Translations under genes and position numbers: made by a program
Notes under the pieces: model-generated
What the model was told of the DNA's origin: nothing
What the model saw: the letters and a program-made list of their open reading frames with translations, nothing else
Databases searched by the model: none
From: an uncultured cyanobacterium
Lineage (GTDB): Bacteria > Cyanobacteriota > Cyanobacteriia > PCC-9006 > JAAUQQ01
Assembly: GCA_963718615.1 (NCBI GenBank)
Contig: OY970368.1
Location: 2,720,001-2,784,000, forward strand
Direction: 5' to 3'
Length of the DNA stretch: 64,000 nt
Part shown: one piece after another, positions 48,348 to 57,807 of the stretch
Position numbering within the stretch: position 1 is the first letter of the stretch
How the letters are laid out: every line of letters starts with the position of its first letter

Positions 48348-49673
48348 ATGTCTGTACTGATTTCTGATGGAGAGATTGCAGCCATCCGATTTATCCGAAT
48401 TGTGTGCACCAAAGCACCAGATGAAGTGAAGAGCCAGCTCGAAAGTTATATTAAGAATAATGATTGGAGCAGTCTTCTACAATGGTCAAAGCCCCTATTA
48501 CCCAGATTTAATTTGAGCGAGTTTACTCAGGTAGAGCTTGCTGAAGTCGCGCCGTTAACGACGATGCGGCAGGATGTCTATCTATTTCTGAAAAATGTCG
48601 AGAATTCCACCAACTTACAATTGAAAGAGGCAATCTCCAAGCTGCAAGAGTGGGGTGGATGGGAATCAATCGCTAAGATTGTGCAAGACAATCCTAAAAT
48701 TCCTTTCCAGTTCACCGGTACCGACGTCCAAGCCGTTTTAGACCCAGTTGGAAAGCTCCCGGCGCTTACGCATAGTCAGATTCAAGCAAAGACTTTTCTT
48801 AATACCATTGCTAATGATCCGAAAGCAGCGAGACTAAAAGAGATGGTTGCAAAGATGCAACAGTGGGGTGGATGGGAATCAATCGCTAAGATTGTGCAAG
48901 ACGATCCTAAAATTCCCTTCCAGTTCAATGGTTCTGACGTAAAGGCTCTACTAGATACGCGGGGTCAGATTACTGAACGCAGTATTACCCAGATCGAATC
49001 TTTATTGAGCATCCTCTCTTTCTATTCGACTTTAGAGCAGAAATCTAAGCAAGATGAAGAAGTAAAGAAATTCTTCGACGATATCAGCAAGCGTGTTCAG
49101 CACGGCTGCTGGAAATCGATTGCTGATATTGTCAACAACAATGAAAAAATTCCTTTTAAGGGATTCACCGTACCCGACCTGAAATTGGTGCTAGACCCTG
49201 AAGATAACTATGGCGACGATCCTATTTGTCAGGCACTGAAACCTCCTGTTCCCCCGGCATGGACAGTGCCAATAGTTTGGACAATACAATTTGGTAAGGA
49301 CGCTGTCAACTGGACGACTGGGGCTGCCAACGATGTGGCTGACTGGACGACTGGGGCTGCCAACGATGTGGCTGACTGGACGACTGGGGCTGCCAACGAT
49401 GTGGCTGACTGGACGACTGGGGCTGCCAACGATGTGGCTGACTGGACGGTCGGGGCTGGCAAAGATGCTGTAGATTGGACGGCCGGGGCTGCCAACGATG
49501 TGGCTGACTGGACGGTCGGGGCTGGCAAAGATGCTGTAGATTGGACGGCCGGGGCTGCCAACGATGTGGCTGACTGGACGGTCGGGGCTGGCAAAGATGC
49601 TGTAGATTGGACGGTCGGGGCTGCCAACGATGTGGCCGATGCGTTAGACCCCAGAAAATACTTTAGATTTTAG
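48348..49673 (+). CDS. Hypothetical protein: three to four ~71-aa N-terminal repeats and ten C-terminal 11-aa repeats
   Basis: AGGAG RBS. WGGWESIAKIVQD.PKIPFQF occurs twice plus degenerate copies. (A/G)(N/K)D(V/A)(A/V)DWT(T/V/A)GA array. Confidence 0.85.
   Translation: MSVLISDGEIAAIRFIRIVCTKAPDEVKSQLESYIKNNDWSSLLQWSKPLLPRFNLSEFTQVELAEVAPLTTMRQDVYLFLKNVENSTNLQLKEAISKLQEWGGWESIAKIVQDNPKIPFQFTGTDVQAVLDPVGKLPALTHSQIQAKTFLNTIANDPKAARLKEMVAKMQQWGGWESIAKIVQDDPKIPFQFNGSDVKALLDTRGQITERSITQIESLLSILSFYSTLEQKSKQDEEVKKFFDDISKRVQHGCWKSIADIVNNNEKIPFKGFTVPDLKLVLDPEDNYGDDPICQALKPPVPPAWTVPIVWTIQFGKDAVNWTTGAANDVADWTTGAANDVADWTTGAANDVADWTTGAANDVADWTVGAGKDAVDWTAGAANDVADWTVGAGKDAVDWTAGAANDVADWTVGAGKDAVDWTVGAANDVADALDPRKYFRF
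49293..49640 (+). repeat. Ten 33-bp coding tandem repeats with 66-bp higher-order units
   Basis: GACTGGACGACTGGGGCTGCCAACGATGTGGCT and variants are contiguous. Confidence 0.95.
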
Positions 49674-49810
49674 AGGAGTGCTTTAACGAACATATAGTGT
49701 CAGGCTCAAAGCCTTGTTCTTTCATCGAGAGATAGGTGTGTACACTAAAATGTGAATCGCCTGAGTTCGGGATAGGTCAGATGCTTGAAAGTCGATAAAG
49801 AGTGGCCTAA

Positions 49811-49940
49811 GAGGATGTTTGAGAATAGCTGAGGCTGTCGCAGATGAAGCCGATCACCACACACCGTTGCTTAAAAAGCAGGCAAAATCTTCCGTAACTG
49901 GTATCAAATCCTCGACTTTGGCGAATTCTTAAACATCCTC
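49811..49940. mobile_element. 130-bp MITE (IS5/IS1031-like ends) with TAA target duplication
   Basis: GAGGATGTTTGAGAAT ... ATTCTTAAACATCCTC inverted repeats flanked by TAA on both sides. Confidence 0.8.
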
Positions 49941-50057
49941 TAAGGAAGTTTGGTTGGTGAGCTTGAGTGTTCAAAATATCCCACTATTGAGAATATCTTT
50001 AAGAGAAGGAATTGTTGATAGAACTACCAAGGAGTCAATCTGATAAGCTACTAAGCC

Positions 50058-50651
50058 GAGAGCGTTCAGAGTTTTGTGTAAGCAGTTGCTTGTTCAAAAG
50101 TTGAAGCGTTCTGGAAACAGGATAGCAAAATGTGAGAGGGCAGCCTTCCAATCTTTAATTGGCTTAGTCCAACGCTTAGAGATATTGTTGAGAGCTAGAT
50201 ACATCAGCTTGAAAACCGACGCCTTATCGGGGAACACAGCTTTGGTTTTGAGCACCTTACGTAGACTACGATTGAGCGATTCAATCGCGTTGGTAGTGTA
50301 GATGACTTTGCGGATGGCCATAGGATAATTGAAAATCGGGATGATGTTCTCCCAGTTGCGAATCCAAATTTGGTTGATGCCGGGATATTGGCGATCCTAT
50401 GTTGGGCCGAGCGCTTGCATCATCCTTCGATGGCTTCATGTGGTGCGTCAGTTCACCCGCCAGTGCGCGTTCCACAAGCCTCTTGCTGAGCTGCTTGAGC
50501 AGTCCTGATTCTCCCAAGATTTCTTCTGGTCCTTGGCTTTCTGCTAGCAGCTCGTCCATTCGATTCGCTTCTTTCTTCGTTCGCGCCATTGTCGGTCCTC
50601 TCCTGACTTATTGGGATTTTAGACCACTTACACAAAATCTTGATCACTCTC
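50058..50651 (-). mobile_element. Internally deleted IS256-family element (594 bp)
   Basis: IRs GAGAGCGTTCAGAGTTTTGTGTAA / GAGAGTGATCAAGATTTTGTGTAA. Transposase N-terminus (GESGLLKQLSKRLVERAL.GELTHH) is joined to the C-terminus (IRKVIYTTNAIESLN). Confidence 0.9.
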
Positions 50652-51399
50652 TTTTCTCTTCTCCACTATGCAGCCCCATATCTGTAGTAGAACTCGATGA
50701 AGTTTAACTTCAAGAAATAAGAAACGTTGGATATTTAAGATTCTTGCTCTAGTCGAACCTCTTCAAAAATCAGTTCAGCAGGACAAGAAAAGTTAAGGCA
50801 ACTCAGCTCTGCAATATCACTAGGGCCATAGGCACTATAGAGCCACATTCGTCCTTCGCCCCGACGGTAGAATTCCACGCAAACTTTCGAGGAATCAATC
50901 AGAATATATTCCTGAAAGCTCGCTAACTGACGATACTCTTGTAATTTCTCACCCCGCTCCTTTCGCTCAGTTCCAGGAGAACGCACCTTAACAATTAACG
51001 TTGGGGACTGAAACAGGGTTGTTGCTTGGCGATCGCCCTCACTACAGCTCACCGCCTCGGGGTAACGATAGGCCCCTGCGGCTGCAATCTGGACCTTGAC
51101 ATCAGCAACATTGATCTTGCAGTTTCTCTGGCGGACATGGAGCTGCAAGGCGGTGTGCAAGTTCAGGGCCAAATTATCGCCACGACGCTCTCCAGTCTGC
51201 TTTGCTTCTGCCCGAGCAATTTCCCAATTTTCCTGAGATCTGCCGAAACAAGAACTGAATTTTCCCCAACTTTTATCTCTCGGTTTCTGGGACATTAATG
51301 TTGTGTTCCATATAGGGAATTTATTTCATCATAGATTTCGTCACAGGAGATATCACAATTACTGGTGCAGCAACAGTTCTGAAGCGGGGCGATCGCGGC
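50651..51399. repeat. Direct repeat copy 2 of the Uma2/intergenic/leader module
   Basis: Matches 44434-44494 plus 47135-48040, with an ~220-bp deletion. Confidence 0.92.
50735..51175 (-). pseudogene. 5'-deleted Uma2 paralog
   Basis: Near-identical to the 47155-47730 product from NLALNL onward. The native N-terminus is missing and the motifs are degraded (YPE-AVSC, IVKVRSP). Confidence 0.85.
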
Positions 51400-51469
51400 A
51401 TCTAGATCATCAACCTTTAGTATTGGGCACCTCGAAAAATTGACATGCAATACATTAAGGATGTAACTT

Positions 51470-51901
51470 ATGGGACTCGTGTCAAAAGGCAGGTATGAAA
51501 GCGATTGGGTTGTGCGTTTTGATAGGGAGTTGATGACAGCTCTTGAGACTGCCCATTCGCATGTAGAGAGTGGGGCAGGCGATGATGCGATGCTTAGATG
51601 GTTTGGAACTATTGCAACCCCAGCCCTCAGAACTAGCCTAGGAAAACAACTAGGTAAACTCCGTAGTAATCTTAATTTGCGAGAAATTCCTATAGGGTTT
51701 ATGTCTCTTCGGGATAGGGTTAAAGATCAAAATGCACGTGCGTGGAATATTGCCGCTCCGCAACTTGAATTGGGAAAAGATCTAGTAGCTCCTGACCTTA
51801 ATAAATTTAACACAATTGAGTTAGATGAAGGCTTCAATATGTTACCAGATTATTTGCCTCTAGCTGCCGATGGCACAGTAGATGCTACTAGTTATTATTA
51901 G
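51470..51901 (+). CDS. Hypothetical protein, possibly a truncated M35-like metallopeptidase
   Basis: AAGGA RBS. MLRWFG and F..LP pattern, but no HExxH before the stop. Confidence 0.55.
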   Translation: MGLVSKGRYESDWVVRFDRELMTALETAHSHVESGAGDDAMLRWFGTIATPALRTSLGKQLGKLRSNLNLREIPIGFMSLRDRVKDQNARAWNIAAPQLELGKDLVAPDLNKFNTIELDEGFNMLPDYLPLAADGTVDATSYY

Positions 51902-51920
51902 AGCAAAGGAGAACACGAAA

Positions 51921-53675
51921 ATGTCTGTAGATAGCCAGCAGAATGCTTTGACAGTATATAAAGCAGAAGTCGCAATGGAGATTTCTTCTGACCCATCAGG
52001 TAGCAGCCTCATTAAGGCAATTAATACTGATGCTGAACTGAAGAGAATGTTGCAGAAGCAGGAAATGGGATTTGTTTCAGTTAATGTCAATGAAACCATG
52101 ACAAGTTTAGTTCAGGTTAGCGACTTGTTGAGGCTCGCATTCGCTGGTTCAAGAGGGCTGCCCTGCTCAACCCCTATATTGGGGATGCAATCTGATTATC
52201 AGGACCTTGTCAAGATGAGCATGGTCACAACAGGAGCATTCCTTAGAGCTGCCTTAGGTGCTGTTGATTTTCATGCTAATGCTATCATGATGTTTGAAGA
52301 GGCAATGAAGCCCGAAAACGAAGCTAGCCAACAGGATTTGATTGACGGTGCTATGGAAATTCTACAGCAGTGTAGCACTGTGGCTAAGGATATGGCAGCT
52401 CAATGCGATCGTCTAATCAAGAAATGTGATGACTTGATAGAGCAATCAAAGGAATCTTTATTAGCGGCAAATAATGACTCAAATGCTGCTGCTGCTGAAA
52501 AAAAAGCAATTGAGACAAAAATTACCGAGATGGAGGCATTACAGGCTGAACTCAGAACAAAGAAAGACGAATATGTTTCAGCTGTAGAGAAGTACGATAA
52601 GGATCAAGAGAGACTCGATAACAAAGCGGAGAAAGCGATGTGGGTAGATCTGGCAGCAACGGTAACGTCGGGTCTCATGCAGGCAAGTGGTTCTGTCGCC
52701 TCTGCTGCTGTTGCAGTTTATGGTGGTCCACAGGCTCAAATAGCGAAAACTACAGGTACGCTGGTGAATTCATCCGCAAATAGTTCATCAGAGGCATCAG
52801 CTCCGGCTTCTGAAGCATCAGCTTTTTCTGATGAGCAAGCCCAGAGTCTTCTTGCACAGTCAGAACAAAAGGCTAAAAATCAAGCAGCTATCCAGGAGAA
52901 TACGAAACAACTAGAGGAAGCTGAAAGGAAGCTAGCAGAGGAAAAAGCAAAGGTGGAGGCTATGAAGAGCTCAGGAGACAGTGCTGAGAAACTCGATATT
53001 GCGGAAAGAAGGGCAGCACTTCTCGAAAACCAAATCAAGGGGTTGAAAGAAGAATCAAAGAATCTTGCAGACGCTCGGAAAAAGATCGAAGAAGCTGGTA
53101 AAGCATTATCGGAGTCTCTTAGTAGGGTGAGTGATAAGGCAGCAAAACAGGCAGAGAGTTTTGCTGCGCATGCAGAGGCAGCGGGTGAAAAGGCCTACGA
53201 GTTTAGAAAGCTTAAAGCTCAGGTGGCTGGAGAATTAGAAAAAGTAGTTATCACGTTGGCAGCAACGCAGGTTAGCAAGAATACAGTCGAAAAAACTCTC
53301 GCTTCTCTCGAAGTTGTTCTAGCAGTGCTTGGTCAGATTAAGACGGCATTCTCAAATACAAAAGTGTTTTGGGAAGGTGTTCAGGCTCATTGTGAGTCTC
53401 TTTCTGGTGGTGCATCTACGGCTGAGACGTTTAAGAAAACGATTAAAATACCAGCTATGCGTACAAGATTGATGCTGACGGTAAAAGGCACTGCTCTCAG
53501 TTGGATGGCTCTTTCCTACATCAACTATCGCGCCCACAATGCTATGAAGTTAGCAGGTGCTGAGGTTGATGAAGCGATGAGTAATATCCCTGGAGCGGAT
53601 GAGTGTGACGCAATAGTCAGTAAGCTCAGTCCCAAAATATTAAGTCAAATCAAAGCCGAGAGAACAGCTATTTAG
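51921..53675 (+). CDS. Long coiled-coil protein with a central hydrophobic segment (putative pore-forming toxin component)
   Basis: AAGGAG RBS before ATG 51921. All-helical composition, segment AMWVDLAATVTSGLMQASGSVASAAVAVYGG, and FWEGVQAHCESL motif. Confidence 0.8.
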   Translation: MSVDSQQNALTVYKAEVAMEISSDPSGSSLIKAINTDAELKRMLQKQEMGFVSVNVNETMTSLVQVSDLLRLAFAGSRGLPCSTPILGMQSDYQDLVKMSMVTTGAFLRAALGAVDFHANAIMMFEEAMKPENEASQQDLIDGAMEILQQCSTVAKDMAAQCDRLIKKCDDLIEQSKESLLAANNDSNAAAAEKKAIETKITEMEALQAELRTKKDEYVSAVEKYDKDQERLDNKAEKAMWVDLAATVTSGLMQASGSVASAAVAVYGGPQAQIAKTTGTLVNSSANSSSEASAPASEASAFSDEQAQSLLAQSEQKAKNQAAIQENTKQLEEAERKLAEEKAKVEAMKSSGDSAEKLDIAERRAALLENQIKGLKEESKNLADARKKIEEAGKALSESLSRVSDKAAKQAESFAAHAEAAGEKAYEFRKLKAQVAGELEKVVITLAATQVSKNTVEKTLASLEVVLAVLGQIKTAFSNTKVFWEGVQAHCESLSGGASTAETFKKTIKIPAMRTRLMLTVKGTALSWMALSYINYRAHNAMKLAGAEVDEAMSNIPGADECDAIVSKLSPKILSQIKAERTAI

Positions 53676-53880
53676 TTTCTTTTCCTCACTATATAAGTGC
53701 GTTAGGTCAAATGCTGTTTCTTCAGTTAAGTAGGTGGTTAAACTAATCAAAGCAACAGGTACCCTGCTATAAGCATTGCAGCGATCTATAGCTATGTTTA
53801 CTTATGGCCGCCTACTTAAAAGTGGAGGTATACGGTTAGTCCCTTGTTCTTCTTTCGATTTACTGAACCCAGGAGTTTTT

Positions 53881-55107
53881 ATGTTAAGTGGAGAAAGCGA
53901 AGCAATTTCTTCAGATGTTGTGCAGTATGGTGAGTTGACTGATACGGCACTTGCCAATATCGGAAAGGACAAGACAGGATATACCTTGGAGAAGACTTTA
54001 AGTGAAAATTTATTATTAAAAGAGCGGATTGTTCAGATAGCAGATACGATGTACACAATCGATTTTACTAAGTACAGCTCGTCACTTAAAGTTTCAATCA
54101 GTGTGCTCGACCTAATAAGAGGCATTCCCAAAGTGAGTGTGGCAATGAAGTCGACCATTGAGAATGTTGGTACAGAGCTTGGCAAGTTGTCGATTGGAAT
54201 TGTGAGTGATATCCCTTATTTTGCTAGCGCTTCCCTTGATTGTGTTTACTACCATTCAAATGCTTTGACATTGTTTCAAAAGGCTTTAAAAAAGAGCACG
54301 TCTGAAGAACAAAAAAGCCAAATCAAGGTTACTCTTGACGAGGTTGCAAAATGCGAAGAGGTTGCAAAGGAATTTTCGATAAAGTGTAGAGATCGTTTGT
54401 CGCAAATAGAGAAAGTAATAGATGCAATTAGAGGAGCTTTGCTCACAGCTTCTAGTGAACTCACAAAAACATCGTCGGAGAAAGAGAACCTTGAAAAACA
54501 GATTGCTACTCAGAATGCAGAGATTCAGGGTATGCAAAAACGTCTTGATGAACTCAGGAAGGCGGAAAGAGAGGAAGAAGCAAAGCAGCCTGCTAATCCG
54601 CGTAGAAATTTTTTCGCTTCTTTAATTCCGTGGGAAATTCAAGCAGATAGGGATTACAAACGCGCAGTGGAAGCTCGTGAACGGCATCTCCGGGAACTCA
54701 GAGAACAACAAATACAGCAAAACCAAGCAATGGAGAGGTTTCAAAGGGAAAAAAGCATTGCTAGCTCTAGACTAAGCATAGCTGAGAGTGTAGTGAAAGT
54801 GCTTGCTGACATCCTTAAGATAACGGGAGTGTTAAAAACGTTTTTATCTGATGCAAATTTGTTCTGGAGTGATTTGGCGAATCGTTGTAATGCATTACAA
54901 AAAATGAACTTGGAGAGAATTGCTATTAATGCAAAGTTTGAGACAGGTGTAAACAACAGCCTTTGCAAAGGTGCCCTTTACTGGATGACTGTTGGACACA
55001 TCCACTATGGTCCTGTTTATGAGTTGTTAAAACCTAACTCTATACGAAAACCCTCAGAGTTATCGAAACCCGGTATAGGCGACATACGAAAATTCTTAGG
55101 TTTTTGA
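53881..55107 (+). CDS. Coiled-coil protein, apparent distant paralog of the upstream gene
   Basis: AGGAG RBS before ATG 53881. LKTFLSDANLFWSDLANRCNAL and GALYWMTV match motifs of the upstream protein. Confidence 0.8.
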   Translation: MLSGESEAISSDVVQYGELTDTALANIGKDKTGYTLEKTLSENLLLKERIVQIADTMYTIDFTKYSSSLKVSISVLDLIRGIPKVSVAMKSTIENVGTELGKLSIGIVSDIPYFASASLDCVYYHSNALTLFQKALKKSTSEEQKSQIKVTLDEVAKCEEVAKEFSIKCRDRLSQIEKVIDAIRGALLTASSELTKTSSEKENLEKQIATQNAEIQGMQKRLDELRKAEREEEAKQPANPRRNFFASLIPWEIQADRDYKRAVEARERHLRELREQQIQQNQAMERFQREKSIASSRLSIAESVVKVLADILKITGVLKTFLSDANLFWSDLANRCNALQKMNLERIAINAKFETGVNNSLCKGALYWMTVGHIHYGPVYELLKPNSIRKPSELSKPGIGDIRKFLGF

Positions 55108-55316
55108 GCTTAGTGGTGCAGAAAACTTTTGTTATCTCAAGCTGAGATAAGAGTCACTCGGGAAAAACCGATAAGAAGCTCTTGCTGCATCCCAGATTTC
55201 TCACAAGTTCGTTGAGGGATTCTGATTTTTGCCCACTTGCCGGGGCACAGGGAAAAAAGCCGAAACGCTGCAGCGACGGTACACATATTGCACGGTCAAA
55301 GCCCAAGGCAATGATG

Positions 55317-56162
55317 CTATTGCTCAGAGACCACTTCTCCAATCAGGGGTTCTTCGGACAAGAAAGCCAGACCCACATTCGCCTCATCTTGCAGCAGCGT
55401 TTGCCAGAGCTCTTGCAATTGGCGATCGCCCAGATTCTCCAACCGCTGCCGCGCCAGAGCCGTCAGCATGTCATACCAAAGATGATTTTGGCCATAGAGG
55501 GCGATCGCCTCCATCGGCGTTGCACGGGATAATTCCTGAACCAATTCGGGAGAAGGATGGATGGGTTGAATAATCCCCGTTAGGGTGGCTGGGGTGGATG
55601 AGGCTCGCCCCGTCGCTCCTGGCGTTTGGCAATTGAGATCAATATACCAACGATAGTCTTGGTTAGGTTGCAAAGGCGCAAGGGTTTGTGGCAGTTGTAT
55701 TCCCAAGACACCGGGCTCTGATCGGTAAGTAAGGCGATGGCGATAGATTTCTTGGTCGGTAGCCTCGGCAATCAAGATCAGCTCTACGCTGGAGACTTCG
55801 GTATAGGGGTTGTAGAACCAAAGGGTAGGGTGGGTGCTGAGGGTTTGGGAGAGATGGGATTGACCTACAAGGGGGGAGAGAGAGGGGCGATCGCCAGGGT
55901 AGAGACAGTCACCGCGACTACCGGTGGTTTTATTAGAAGGAGGCGTGCCGCGATCCGGAGGGGGCGTGTAGCGCAGGGGCGAGGGAGTAGATTGTGCGGT
56001 GGAGCGTGAAGGGTTAGGCCAAGAGGGGTTAGGTTGGGCCTGGGTCGGGTGAAGGGGAATGGAGAGGAGGGCGATCGCCAGGATAAGCACCATGGGCTTT
56101 TGTGCCAAGGTGACACAGGTTCGTAATGGGTTTTGCGACAGGTTTTGCAAATGGGCGATCAT
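55317..56162 (-). CDS. DUF928 domain-containing protein
   Basis: YTPPPDRGTP....GSRGDC, T.STHPTLWFYNPY, YRWY and YGQNHLWYDML..LA motifs. Confidence 0.9.
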   Translation of the reverse strand: MIAHLQNLSQNPLRTCVTLAQKPMVLILAIALLSIPLHPTQAQPNPSWPNPSRSTAQSTPSPLRYTPPPDRGTPPSNKTTGSRGDCLYPGDRPSLSPLVGQSHLSQTLSTHPTLWFYNPYTEVSSVELILIAEATDQEIYRHRLTYRSEPGVLGIQLPQTLAPLQPNQDYRWYIDLNCQTPGATGRASSTPATLTGIIQPIHPSPELVQELSRATPMEAIALYGQNHLWYDMLTALARQRLENLGDRQLQELWQTLLQDEANVGLAFLSEEPLIGEVVSEQ

Positions 56163-56335
56163 GGATGGCTCGCTTCACAGCTCAGTACTTTTGTCAATGC
56201 TCTCTGTGATTTTACGAGGCATTTCCCCAATAATAATGAGTTGTCAGCCGATAAGCTGATCATAGCCGCAAATTCTAACCCGTTAATGACCTTTTTGCAG
56301 GGAGGAGCGCTGTGTTAGCGCTCCTATCCCTTTAG

Positions 56336-57361
56336 CTACTTGATTTTGCCAATCTCCCGGCCCACCTGTTCAATTTCGGCGTAGTTCTCATTTTCGGTTG
56401 CGATAAACTTCTTCGCCCCAAACAAGTCTAAGATTTCTGCCTGGGTTGGATCGCTGGGGTCCAGCTTCAAAAACGCCTGCTGCACCTTCTCGCTAAATCC
56501 AGCTCCAAAGCGCTCATCCACCGAAGGATGCAACACCCAGTGGTAATCATAGTAGGCAGGTGTGCGGAAAATTGCCTGGACCTTGGTTTCGTCTACCTTG
56601 CCCTCTGCTTGGCGGCTGGTCCAAACCTGCTCATTGATCGCTCCAGCCTCATAGGTGCCTGCCTGGACAAGCTCCAGCGTGGCATCGTGGGATGCAGAAA
56701 AACCGGGCTGACCTTTGAAATCCTGAAGCGTTACTCCGGCTTGCTTGAGAAAATACTGGGGCATCAGTCGTCCCGAGGTGGAAGACTCGCTGCCAAACGT
56801 AAACGTATGTCCCTTCAATGCGCTTAGTCCCTGGAGATCCGTAACGGGTTCAATGCCGCTGTTGCGATTGGCAATGAAGATGCTGTGAAACTCCGCATCA
56901 ATGTCTCGCTGGGCGATCGCCTGCGCCCCCTCTACCTGCAACCGTGCCTGGGTCCCCGTCAACCCTCCAAACCAGACCAAATCCAAATCCCCCACCTTAA
57001 AAGCCGTCACCGCCGCCGGATAATCGGTCACCTGCTTATACTGAACTGCTACCCCTAGGGCCTTAGAGAGGTAGTCTGATAAATCGCCATACAACCGATT
57101 GAGCTTTTCAGGATCCTGATCGGGAATGGCTCCAACGGTCAAAACCGGCTGATTGGTGGGGTCCTGAGGCGAAGTGGCGGTAGATTGCTCCGTTGCAGCC
57201 GAAGATTGGTCTGGGGTCTGGGTGTTGCTCTGGGGAGGCGAACAGCTTGTTATAGCGAATGCCAGCCAGAGACCGAGGCAACCCGCCCAGAAAGGTTTTC
57301 GCGAAGGTTTTCGCAAGGGTTTTCGCGCATCTTGCTGAATTAACACCAGAGGTTCTCGCAT
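56336..57361 (-). CDS. PhnD-family (phosphonate/phosphite/putative selenate) ABC substrate-binding lipoprotein
   Basis: Lipobox-like ITSC, GAIPDQDP, DLVWFGGLTG.QAR, FTFGSESSTSGRLMP and TPAYYDYHW. Confidence 0.9.
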   Translation of the reverse strand: MREPLVLIQQDARKPLRKPSRKPFWAGCLGLWLAFAITSCSPPQSNTQTPDQSSAATEQSTATSPQDPTNQPVLTVGAIPDQDPEKLNRLYGDLSDYLSKALGVAVQYKQVTDYPAAVTAFKVGDLDLVWFGGLTGTQARLQVEGAQAIAQRDIDAEFHSIFIANRNSGIEPVTDLQGLSALKGHTFTFGSESSTSGRLMPQYFLKQAGVTLQDFKGQPGFSASHDATLELVQAGTYEAGAINEQVWTSRQAEGKVDETKVQAIFRTPAYYDYHWVLHPSVDERFGAGFSEKVQQAFLKLDPSDPTQAEILDLFGAKKFIATENENYAEIEQVGREIGKIK

Positions 57362-57412
57362 ATTGGGTGATTCGTTTTCTACACTATCTTTAGAGCAGTC
57401 TATAGGGAAGCG

Positions 57413-57715
57413 ATGAAATTTCTTTTAATTTTGCTGATTCGGGCCTACAAGACCTTAATCTCGCCTTTCCTCCCCCCTTCCTGTCGCTTTCAGCCCACCT
57501 GTTCTCAGTATGCGCTGGAGGCGATCGCCCGCTTTGGTGCCCTGCGGGGCAGTTGGTTGAGCATAAAACGGATCTGTCGTTGTCATCCTTTTACTGCCGG
57601 TGGCTACGATCCGGTGCCGGAGGTTTTTCATGTCCTGGGCCAGACTCAGCTTCATGAGGTGATTGAACAACAGCAACGTCAACGCGATCGCCAAAAATCC
57701 GATGATGGTTCGTGA
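57413..57715 (+). CDS. yidD: Membrane protein insertion efficiency factor
   Basis: [23 protein letters not shown] and [15 protein letters not shown]. Confidence 0.96.
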   Translation: MKFLLILLIRAYKTLISPFLPPSCRFQPTCSQYALEAIARFGALRGSWLSIKRICRCHPFTAGGYDPVPEVFHVLGQTQLHEVIEQQQRQRDRQKSDDGS

Positions 57716-57807
57716 CAGGGCCATTCGAAACATTTCTCAACCTCAGCCTACAATCTCACCCCGTCGTTGATATTAGAAAGAGATCCCTGTTGACATGACC
57801 CTTTCCT

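Noticed and set aside
49293-49640. 33-bp repeats as a CRISPR array
   Set aside because: Units are contiguous with no unique spacers, keep the reading frame, and no cas genes are present.
50735-51295. 186-aa ORF as an intact Uma2 with a novel N-terminus
   Set aside because: Its first ~40 codons are intergenic sequence brought in frame by a deletion relative to copy 1.
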